A stretch of DNA of 64,000 bases from contig OZ024743.1 in assembly GCA_964016885.1 (NCBI GenBank), positions 80,414,001 through 80,478,000 on the forward strand, given 5' to 3'. This DNA comes from Eledone cirrhosa (lineage: Eukaryota). The position numbers and the translations under genes were made by a program. The notes beneath the pieces are model-generated. The model ran no database searches and was not told the DNA's origin. It saw nothing but the letters and a program-made list of their open reading frames with translations. Below are positions 53,692 to 64,000 of the stretch, one piece after another; within the stretch, counting starts at the first letter, position 1, and every line of letters begins with the position of its first letter.

Positions 53692-53732
53692 CGAAACATA
53701 AGTCAATTGCATGAACTCATAATCCTTTACTT

Positions 53733-53788
53733 ACTGCTATATATATTTCGATGATAGCCATTGAATGGCTATGACCTCATCAGGCAGT
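53733..53788 (-). ncRNA. Minimal type-I hammerhead ribozyme
   Basis: ACTGC-CTGATGA-GGTCATAGCCATTCAATGGCTATCATC-GAAA-TATATA-TA-GCAGT. Confidence 0.82.
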
Positions 53789-54595
53789 TAGTCAGTTCTT
53801 AGATATGCCAGCTCTGTGTTTATAGTGTTGATGGTATCAGAGCCTGGGGACATATGAGCTTGTTAGGAATAGTTTAATGTTCTCAGCAGGAATAGTCTTA
53901 ATTCTCATTGGTCAGTTTGTAGATGCTAGTAGGGTTGGTATTTGACCTCAAAGAGGCAGGTGGTGTTGTAAAGTTCAAACCGTCAGGCAAGATGACAATA
54001 GTTCCATATGACTGATTTTCACAAAAAGCATTCCTGGTCAGATATATATTCAATTAAGATTAATAGTATGAAATAGATACTACAGGTCATTCTTAAATTG
54101 AGGAATTTATGTGGAGTGGTGTTACTGAAAATTATGGTTAGAGTAGAAAATTTACAAATAAAAAGACTTATGTAGGTTGGCTTGCACGTACACTCACACC
54201 CACCACCACAGACACACACACACATCCACACATACAAATTGAGGAATTAATGTGGGGTGGTAATACTTAAAGTAATGGTTAGAATCCAATACTTAGATAG
54301 TTTAGAAAATTTAGAAATAAAAGGCTTATGTTGGTTGACTTGTACATACACTCACACCTATCCCCTCAGATAAACACACACATCTACACACACAAATCCA
54401 TACAGGTGTGTATATATATATGTACGCACAAGTATACATATATATACATAAAATACATATATATATATAAAATATACATGTGTATAAAATATATATATAT
54501 ATATAAAATATATACACATATAAAATATATACTCACATAAAATATACATACATATATATATATAAAATACACACATATATATATATATATATAAG

Positions 54596-54640
<45 letters not shown>

Positions 54641-54642
<2 letters not shown>

Positions 54643-54847
54643 GTAAGAATATTTTCGAAACAGCGAGTAGATTTGAAATTATTAGAAATGATAGCTATCG
54701 CCGTATTTTGACTAAAGAAATTAAAGAAAGATGAGTATTGACGTACGTCAATACTCATCTTTTTCCATTTCTCCGAGGGTTCTTAACCCCACTATCAGGC
54801 TAAATAATTTATTTAATTTCTTTAGTCAAAATACGGCGATAGCTAAC

Positions 54848-54853
<6 letters not shown>
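54641..54853 (-). mobile_element. Small (TA)n-embedded fold-back with an inner 36-bp palindrome
   Basis: Arms 54685-54725 and 54812-54852; aaagatgagtattgacgt|acgtcaatactcatcttt at 54727-54762. Confidence 0.6.
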
Positions 54854-54894
<41 letters not shown>

Positions 54895-55035
54895 TAAAAC
54901 ATGTCCATAGAATCATAAGATAAAATATATACCATTTCCTCTCCCAATTAGCATAATTAACTATATAAAAAATGTATATATATATATATATAAAATACAC
55001 ATATATACACACATAAAAAAAATATATATACATAT

Positions 55036-55212
55036 AATTGTTTCTACTTTTGGCACAAGGCCATCAATTACCCAGTACATTACTTTACTTTATTTTATCG
55101 ACCCCGTAAGGATGAAAGACAAAGTTAACCTCGGCGGGATTTGAACTCAGACCGCAAAGGGACGTAACTATGCTGGAAAGCATGGCGTCCGACCCTCTAC
55201 CGATACTGCCAA
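55036..55212 (-). mobile_element. tRNA-derived SINE, main family
   Basis: Same family; present only in the left arm of the inversion. Confidence 0.88.
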
Positions 55213-55470
55213 ATATATATATATATATATAATCACGTTCAATAAAACGCGGTTTTGATGACTCCTAACCAGTAGAGGATCCGGTGGACCATCCACCATA
55301 GGGACCACAAACTATGGGTGGTTGTTGTTGTCCATTGGTCATTGGCACGGAGTGTAGGGGACCTACAGGGGGGGGGGTTGTGGGAGGTTTTAACCGGGGT
55401 TTATCCATATAGCTTGAGGAAAGTTCCCGTCCTTAGGTGTCTGCAGGCACCGAATAAGTCGGCCTTCTCT

Positions 55471-55787
55471 TTAATAGCTTGGTTCCGCCATGAAGAATCT
55501 CGAGTGTTTCACTAAGACAGAGGTTGCAAATACCAGACCCGCCTCTGTCTGGGGGAACTTTCTAACCACGGACCAGACCAGAGAGTGCGGAGTCTTTTCA
55601 AGTTTGAGCTTCCAGATCAATTCAGAAAGGGCCGTACATTTCCTCTTATCTATTCTGTTAAAGGAATGGCGATGGTTATACCACCGATCTTTGAAGCTCG
55701 TCGCTGTGAAACCTATGTAATGGTGCTCCGAGTTAGGGGTTGTGACCTTGCACCTGTAGACTACGTTTTTCGTCATGCACTCATTAC
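55471..55787 (-). pseudogene. Inverted copy of the GIY-YIG fragment
   Basis: MTKNVVYRCKV..HYIGFTATSFKDRWYNH. Confidence 0.85.
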
Positions 55788-55990
55788 ATAAATAGGAATA
55801 GGCTCACTGCCTCTAATACCACCGTAAACCCCGGAGCCACCCAACAGAACCAGCACGCGGGACGCACTGGAACCCAGACAGACCCAACTAGCACACCAGA
55901 ACCCAACAACCCTGTGCTGATTGCGGAGGCTACCCAGCCAACCCCGAGTGATAGTAACCACGCGGTACATGTGGTGGGCTTAAGAAGTCA

Positions 55991-56377
55991 TGTAATTGCA
56001 GAGACCCATCACTATGTCCCCTTAGTAATGAATGCATGACGAAAAACGTAGTCTACAGGTGCAAGGTCACAACTCCTAACTCGGAGCACCATTACATAGG
56101 ATCCACAGCGACGAGCTTCAAAGATAGGTGGTATAACCATTGCCATTCCTTTAACAGAATAGTTAAGAGAAAATGTACGGCCCTTACTGAATTGATCTGG
56201 AAGCTCAAACTTGAAAAGACCCCGCACTCTCTGGTCTGGTCCGTGGTTAGAAAGGTTCCCCCAGACAGAGGCGGGTCTGGTATTTGCATCTGTCTTAGTG
56301 AGACACTCGAGATTCTTCATGGCGGAACCAAGCTATTAAACAGAAGGCCGACTTATTCGGTGCCTGCCGACACCTAA
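55991..56377 (+). pseudogene. PLE Cys linker plus GIY-YIG endonuclease fragment
   Basis: CNCRDPSLCPLSNEC-MTKNVVYRC..YIGSTATSFKDRWYNH..TALTELIWKLK..CICLSE..LLNRR. Confidence 0.88.
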
Positions 56378-56574
56378 GGACGGGAACTTTCCTCAAGCTA
56401 TATGGCTAAACCCCGGTTAAGGCCTCCCACAACACCCCCCTGTAGGTCCCCTACACCCCGTACCAATGACCAATGGACAACAAAAAACACCCATAGTTTG
56501 TGGTCCCTATGGTGGGTGGTGCACCGGATCCTCTACTGGTTAGGAGTCATCAAAACCACGTTTTATTGAACCTG

Positions 56575-56673
<99 letters not shown>

Positions 56674-57656
56674 TATATATATATATTTTATGTGTGTATA
56701 TATGTGTATTTTATATATATATATGTGTATATATATATATGTATATATCTTATATATGTATATATATATATGTATTTTATATATATGTATGTATATTTTA
56801 TGTGTGTATATATTTTATGTGTATATATTTTATATATATATATGTATTTTATATATATATATTATACATATGTATATTTTATATATATATATGTATTTTA
56901 TGAGTGTATGTACAAGTCAACCAACATAAGCCTTTTATTTCTAAATTTTCTAAACTATCTAAGTATTTGATTCTAACCATTATTTTAAGTATTACCACCC
57001 CACATTTAATTCCTCAATTTGTATGTGTGGATGTGTGTGTGTGTCTGTGGAGGTGGGTGTGAGTGTACGTGCAAGCCAACCTACATAAGTCTTTTTATTT
57101 GTAAATTTTCTACTCTAACCATAATTTTCAGTAACACCACTCCACATAAATTCCTCAATTTAAGAATGACCTGTAGTATCTATTTCATACTATTAATCTT
57201 AATTGAATATATATCTGACCAGGAATGCTTTTTGTGAAAATCAGTCATATGGAACTATTGTCATCTTGCCTGACGGTTTGAACTTTACAACACCACCTGC
57301 CTCTTTGAGGTAATACACTGTGATAATGGCTGGCCTTGTGCCGAAAGTAGAAACCATTATTGGTTATTCCAATGTCTTGGGATGATGGCTGTTGTTTTAT
57401 GAGTTCCAGAAACCTTGCTGTGGGAACTATATAAATAAAACCTAGTCATTTTAGTCAATCCTGCTTATTTTCCCCCAAATTTAGAATTTGTTTATGTTGA
57501 AGATATTTTATTACTTCTCTGAGTAGATAATATATTGATATAGTTTATCCTTTCGATGAGAAGTTTACGTGAAGCGTTCCACATTGTTATACTTTATATA
57601 CTTTATATATATTATAGCACTTTTTTTAAAAAGAATTGTTTCTCACATTTTTTCAA

Positions 57657-57820
57657 TAATTGTTTCTACTTTAGGCACAAGGCCAGCAATTACCCAGTGC
57701 ATTACTGGTACTTTATTTTATCGACCCCGTAAGGATGAAAGGCAAAGTCAACCTCGGCGGGATTTGAACTCAGATCGTAAAGGGACATAACTATGCTGGA
57801 AAGCATGGCGTCCGACCCTA
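57657..57820 (-). mobile_element. tRNA-derived SINE, main family
   Basis: Same family as 11262-11440. Confidence 0.88.
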
Positions 57821-57985
57821 TGTTTTCTTTTCAATAATGTCACTTTCACGAAACAAAGAAAGGATAAAAAAAAGAAAAACATTAAATATATTTTCCGTGC
57901 TATTTCCAACTTCACCTTTTCTCTATATCCATTGTTTTGTATAGAACCTTACTCCCCTTTTCTAATATATATATATATATATATT

Positions 57986-58374
<389 letters not shown>

Positions 58375-58402
58375 GGCGTGCTGCGTGGTTGCAAATGGGT
58401 TA

Positions 58403-58488
58403 CATATGAATAAAATTAGTCCTTCATCAGTGATCTTCCAGCCTTCGTTGGTATTTAAAGGCTGGAAGATCACTGATGAAGGACTAAT

Positions 58489-58499
<11 letters not shown>
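58403..58499. repeat. Hairpin with 42-bp arms containing CTGATGA
   Basis: 58403-58445 versus 58458-58499, (TA)n-flanked. The hammerhead 3' half is absent. Confidence 0.65.
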
Positions 58500-58525
<26 letters not shown>

Positions 58526-58950
58526 TCTGTGGGGGGGAAGCTATACATGAAGGAAAAGTACGCTTTGAAACGACCCGAAGAAGGGCTTGAATGTGGAGTT
58601 GCCAGGAAGCGTGGGAGAGAGAACCTGCCTCAATAAATCTTGATTAAAATGTCACAAAAAGGAGCCATGTAAAACGAGTTGATGCAGATTACGGTAGTGC
58701 ATATAGTATAACAATTTGCCCTCAATGTAGTAAAATCTTCCAATCAGCAGGAGGCCTGAGGCATCTCATGAAAGTACCTGGCAACCAACCCTCGATTGCT
58801 GTTGCCAAATGTTATGTCTGTAACATCTGTGACAGAGAATGTAGGCCTCTTGCTCACCTAAAATGTCACATCCGTGCCACACACATGCTGGAACGTATTT
58901 TAATATTTTAAACAATAGTTATACTTGAATGCGAGTTATCTGCCATCATA
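58526..58950 (+). mobile_element. Decayed RTE-like LINE 3' fragment
   Basis: W..AIHEGKVRFETTR, broken C2H2 fingers CPQCSKIFQSAGGL and CNICDREC, ending in ..CTGCCATCA(TA)n like the other RTE ends. Confidence 0.6.
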
Positions 58951-59041
58951 TATATACACACACATGTATATATATATTTACACACATATGCATATATATA
59001 TATATATATACACAAACACACATATATATACACACATATGC

Positions 59042-59074
<33 letters not shown>

Positions 59075-59504
59075 GTAGTTTTTTTCATTTACACATTTTC
59101 TCTTCCTTGTTTGATATATTTTTTGGTGTGTTTCCGTGTCGTGATGTTTTCAAACTGTCTTGATAACGAAATTAATTTTAGCACGTGTCTCTTTCCTTTA
59201 AAAACAACAATCGACTGAGCCAAAAGGAAATTTGTCACTTCTCATCCGAAGCTTCTATCATCTGTCTCCTATCAGTATTTGGTGTATAATGTCCATAAGA
59301 CTCTCCTCCACTAACATAATCGACCAATCCATCTTGCTGAAAAATTGGTACCACATTTTGGAAAGTCATATCACCCAAAGTAAGCACCGTGACTGACTTC
59401 TTTATAATTATCCCTTTTGATAAAACCGCCCTAATATGGCCCCTGGTTCCCTCATACAAAACAGATTATTTATCTAAAATCTTTCCATCCTAATTTTCTG
59501 TAGA

Positions 59505-59640
59505 AAGCGCATGGCTTAGTGGTTAGAGCTTGCACTCGAAAGGTTGTGAGTTCAATTCTCGAACTGTGTGATGTGTTGTCTCCTTGAGCAAGACACTTTA
59601 TTTCACGTTGCTACAGTTTACTCAACTGTAGAAATGAGAT
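59505..59640 (+). mobile_element. tRNA-derived SINE, second family (CORE-like)
   Basis: A box TGGCTTAGTGG, B box GAGTTCAATTC and TCCTTGAGCAAGACACTT. Confidence 0.7.
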
Positions 59641-61030
59641 GATAGGCCTGGGGTCTCTATCATTAAATTACCCAAGACACCTCCAACGAGATATACCTTG
59701 GAGGAGGCCAGCTAAACCTGCATAGGTGTGAGCTGTCACACACACGCACACATAGGTGGGAGCTGTCACACACATCACACATAATGTAAGAACCATTTTT
59801 TAAAGTTATGTTTTTCAAACATCAACTTCGTTGCAAATTCTTGATTATTTCAAAAATTATTTGTAAATGTCAGGCAGTATCTTTCTCTAGATATAGGGTA
59901 ACGAAAGGGTTAACGAGGTTTTAGGCGTAAGAGAGCCGGATCAAAGGACTGCTCTTGTGTTTGTTTTTTTCTTTTTTTAATCACTAAATTCTATTTTTAA
60001 ATCTCGCCGAGAGCAATATTGGCTCTCTTACATTGACTCTTTTATTTCTGAGTCAATAAAAAGTACCTTTCCACGAGTGGTGAGTTGGTGAAATTGTTAA
60101 TGAGTCGGTGTCTGATCTGGTTCTGTGCATGTTCAGCCCAAATTCTGCCATGAGTTGTAACAGACAAATAACAGCAATGGAAAGACTTATTTCCCCGGTC
60201 TGAGCTAAAAGACTCTGCGAAACATCCAGTCAATCTCTAACGACGCCATCAAAGCCTGGTCCATAGAGTAATACTTTATCAACACAGAGGCAAGGTTTAC
60301 TTCCGCGGGATTTGAACTCAAAGAGCGGAAACAAATAACAAGGCATTTAATCCGACACTCTAACGATTGAGTTTAATCCTTCCAATCGGGTGTGTTCCAT
60401 TTGAGTAGAAGGATGGAGGAAGTCTACACGGTTACTTGACATGAGATAATTAATAGGTAATTTCCCCTAAATCATACCCTAGTGGTATCAAAATGAAGTA
60501 TGGATATATTTAAACTAATTATTAATATTAAATTATTAAATTAAATCTTTAATATTAAGGTAAATTTTAATCTTTAATTTTGATTTCTAATTTTTAATTT
60601 TAATTTAATTTAAATCTAATTTTTCAACCTATCATTATAAGTATTATAATCAAAACGTAATGAATCCTGCATTATAAATATTATTCTTCCACGTTATTCT
60701 CATTTCTTCACTCTTTTAGATATACTTACGCTGTTTATCTATTCATGCACTCTATTTTCACTATCAATATATATAATCGTTCTTTCTTTCCTCTTCTATC
60801 TTTCTCCTTCCTTTTTGTTTCTTTTTTTCTTTTTTTCTTTTTTCTTTTTTCTTTTTTCTTTTTTCTTTTTTCTTTTTTCTTTTTTCTTTTTTCTTTTTTC
60901 TTTTTTCTTTTTTCTTTTTTCTTTTTTCTTTTTTCTATTTTTTTTCTCTCTCCCTCACATATCACCTTCTTCCAACAGTTTTTTTTAAATTAAATATAAC
61001 TTCTGCATATATATATATATATATATATAT

Positions 61031-61145
61031 ATAGGAAAAAGTATGACCTTGGGTCATACTTTTTCCTATTTCCCACTCTCCTACCCTAAGTATTGAGTAC
61101 TCTGGTGTGTTATGGTCCATCTGGTTCCTTACCACAATTCCTTCG

Positions 61146-61147
<2 letters not shown>
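61031..61147 (+). mobile_element. Minimal fold-back (18-bp arms) plus tail
   Basis: ataggaaaaagtatgacc-ttg-ggtcatactttttcctat; ACTC..GAGTAC at 61075-61100. Confidence 0.75.
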
Positions 61148-61199
<52 letters not shown>

Positions 61200-61315
61200 G
61201 CGTGTGTATTATAAGCATATGTCCTTATATATGCATATATATATATATGTTACGTAATTCAAAAAGAAAGGCAAAAGAAAAAAGAGTGCTCTATGTATAG
61301 AACAGAGCTATTTAA

Positions 61316-61529
61316 TTAGAAAGTGAACAACACAAAATATAACTACTCCATTACCGAAGGTTTCTGGATCACAGACGATAATAATATATACGTCTGGATC
61401 GGTCGTCAGATAGGGATAGATATAACATCTCTATCTGACGGCCGATCCAGACGTATATATTATTATGGTCTGTGATCCAGAAACCTTCGGTAATGGAGTA
61501 GTCATATTTTGTGTTGTTCACTTTCTAAT
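61316..61529. mobile_element. Fold-back with a hammerhead in each arm
   Basis: Arms of about 98 bp with an apex of about 16 nt. Confidence 0.8.
61347..61414 (-). ncRNA. Type-I hammerhead ribozyme (partner at 61430-61497, plus strand, has CTGACGG)
   Basis: CTAT-CTGACGA-CC-GATCCAGACG..CGTCTGTGATC-CA-GAAA-CCTTCGG-TA-ATGG. Confidence 0.72.
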
Positions 61530-61583
61530 ACATATATATATATAAACACACACACACACACACACGCGCACACACACACACAC

Positions 61584-61614
<31 letters not shown>

Positions 61615-61884
61615 TTACATACACACGATTCATTGACGTACGTGTGGCTTACGACGCCAATGTGTTCACACTACAAGACAAGCGAATGAAATATCATATC
61701 GCCGTCAGCTAACAGCTCAATCAGCAAACATTGAGTCGTGAATCACAGATTTTAATATGTATCTACATTGATATTAATTCACCGTCTCCACCTCCTCCCA
61801 GTGGAATATCGATATTACCATTGACATACACACATTGCATTATTAGCATTAATTCTATTATTATTTTTATTATCATTGGGGTGG

Positions 61885-62358
61885 TGGATTAGCAGTATCG
61901 GTTGGGTGTCGAACAACATGCTTTGCAGCATAGAGTTACGGCCCTTTACAATCTGAGTTAAAATCCTGCCGAGTTTAGCTTTGCCTTTCATCCTTACGGG
62001 GTCGATAAAATAAAGCACCAGTAACGTACTGAGGCCAATTTAATCGACCTTTCCCTCCCCTCAAATTACTGGCCTTGTGCTTATATAAGAAACCATTATT
62101 ATTAGGAGGAGTTTTGGCAGTATCAGTACAGCTTGGTCACCCTGCTTTGTGGTATAATTATAGTCCTTTACGTTCTGTGTTCAAATCCTTACGGGTTCGA
62201 TAAAATAAAGTACCTGTAACACACTGGGGAAGATTTAATCGACTTTACCCTTCTAATAATAGTACGATTAATGTGGAGTGGATGGCAGAACCGTTATAGC
62301 GTCGGACAGATGCCTCACTTTATTTATTCCAGGTCTTTACGGTCTGAGTTCAAATCCT
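61885..62358 (+). mobile_element. Three consecutive SINE copies or fragments
   Basis: B boxes near 61955, 62178 and 62345; cores GTCGATAAAATAAAG. Confidence 0.75.
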
Positions 62359-63283
62359 GTTGAGCACCTTTTTTGATTTCCATGTGTCTAACATCCGTGG
62401 GCATGCCTACAAAGCCAGAAAACAGTACAGCTCCCATGACTTTCGGAAACATTTTTTCACGCTCAGAATTGCTGAAGCATGGAACAAACTACCTGCATCA
62501 GTTAGCTGCCGAGACACTGCATCCTTTAAAAACTCCATGGAACAAACTCCATTCATCAGTTGTTAGCTGCCGAGAGACTGCATCCTTTAAAACCTCCATG
62601 GAACAAACTACCTGCATCAGTTGTTAGCTGCCTAGACACTGCATCCTTTAAAACCTCCATGGAACAAACTCCATGCATCAGTTGTTAGCTGTCGAGACAC
62701 TGCATCCTTTAAAACCTCCATGGAACAAACTACCTGCATCAGTTGTTAGCTGCCTAGACACTGCATCCTTTAAAACTTCCATGGAACAAACTACCTGCAT
62801 CAGTTGTTAGCTGCCGAGACACTGCATCCTTTAAAACCTCCATGGGACAAACTACCTACATCAGTTGTTAGCTGCCGAGACACTGCATCCTTTAAAATCT
62901 CCATGGAACAAACTACCTGCATCAGTTGTTAGCTGTCGAGACACTGCATCCTTTAAAACCTCCATGGAACAAACTCCCTGTATCAGTTGTTAGCTGCCGA
63001 AACACTGCATCCTTTAAAACCTCCATGGAACAAACTATCTGCATCAGTTGTTAGCTGCTGAGACACTGCATCCTTTAAAACTTCCATGCTTCCTGAGATT
63101 CGCCAACACTACACCTAATACCCCTTTCCATACACACACACACATGTATATCATGACTCATACACTGTTCATTTTCCTGACATTTATACATTATTCTATG
63201 TACTACACATGCACCTTTGATGAGTTGTAGTGCACCTGAACACTGTACACAATAATTTCTTTATTATTATTATTATTATTATT
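62359..63283 (+). mobile_element. CR1-type LINE 3' fragment with (TTA)n tail
   Basis: IRGHAYK..FRKHFFTLRIAEAWNKLP..SFK is a typical CR1 ORF2 C-terminus. Confidence 0.8.
62479..63089 (+). repeat. Ten copies of a 61-bp unit inside the CR1 fragment
   Basis: atggaacaaactacctgcatcagttgttagctgccgagacactgcatcctttaaaacctcc. Confidence 0.95.
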
Positions 63284-64000
63284 TGCGACCTACGTAGGAA
63301 ATCGTATTATCGTGAGCTCCGCAAAGGTTTGTTGTTTTCAGTTGTTTAAAATTGCCATTTATGGAAAGTGTTTATTGTTAACTGTATAAAGTGCACATAC
63401 ATTGTTTTCTGAAAAGGACACTCAAAAAGATTGGGGCCTTGAGCCCAAAATTTAAACTTTTATAATTATCAAACAAAAATTTCTTTGAAACAATCATGGA
63501 CGACTCACAGTCACACCTTCCTCACAAACTAACACCTCACACCGACACCACCATTGTAAATATTACTACGTTTGCCAACACTAAAAATATAAGCAGTAGC
63601 AATAATTTAAATTTGTCTCATGCAGACATTCATTTCCCGCCATTACCAATGACTGCAGGTGTTGAAGCCGCCACTCCCACCACCACCACAGCGACAACAG
63701 AAACAAAAGAAGAAAATAAAATTATCTCGTGACATCGAAATGGATTCACCCAGATTGGACTCTTCCACACCGAACACCACTGACGCCACCAGCACCACAA
63801 CTGAAACTAAAAATAACAATAACAAAAATAACGATAACAACAACAGCAACAACAACAATGGGAATAAGAAAACCAGCCTGTCTTTTGCCAGAGTAGCAAA
63901 AAAGTGCGAAGCAATTCAGGTAACTCAGGAGGAATTAGATGAAACCAAGAGAATGGTAAAGAAAGATGGGTACAGGGTCAGCCTTACACCCCACCTAATA
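63284..64000 (+). mobile_element. 5' end of another Tx1-like LINE (UTR plus frameshifted ORF1 start at 63496), running off the window
   Basis: AGCTCCG and a GGGC..GCCC hairpin sit at the same UTR positions as in 17080-17290. An N-rich tract followed by SFARVAKK parallels TFAAVAAAK of ORF1. Confidence 0.6.

Larger units (their letters stand above)
53946..57310. mobile_element. 3.4-kb inverted duplication centred on a PLE GIY-YIG fragment
   Basis: 55230-55787 is the reverse complement of 56025-56578, and 53946-54352 of 56902-57310. The left arm has later insertions. Confidence 0.88.

Noticed and set aside
58690-58890. Host C2H2 zinc-finger gene
   Set aside because: The fingers are broken and lie within RTE C-terminal context and tail.
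59235-59459. 74-aa non-repetitive ORF
   Set aside because: No recognisable domain, no ATG start and no consistent splice frame.

Overview
AT-rich, microsatellite-saturated animal DNA with no supportable host gene. The SINE and LINE content and the (TA)n/(CATA)n/(CT)n density suggest an octopus or other cephalopod (inference). Almost all complex sequence is mobile DNA. (1) An intact full-length Tx1/L1-type LINE (ORF1 15169-17079, ORF2 11720-15139, minus strand), a decayed inverted copy and several fragments, all tied to (TTA)n. (2) A decayed DNA transposon, probably Chapaev3. (3) RTE, CR1 and Helitron remnants, many tRNA-derived SINEs and several minisatellites. (4) The most striking signal: about 20 islands set in (TA)n that belong to Penelope-like retroelements (PLEs). 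Three retain RT-thumb and/or CxC-x5-C-x5-C/GIY-YIG coding sequence. Most others are 0.1-0.6 kb fold-backs carrying type-I hammerhead ribozyme motifs. Several otherwise dissimilar families share a 3' ACTC-N(11-19)-GAGTRC motif, and in 7 of 8 fold-backs that carry it the inverted arm stops just upstream of it. All coordinates and folds were read by eye; edges may be off by a few nt.
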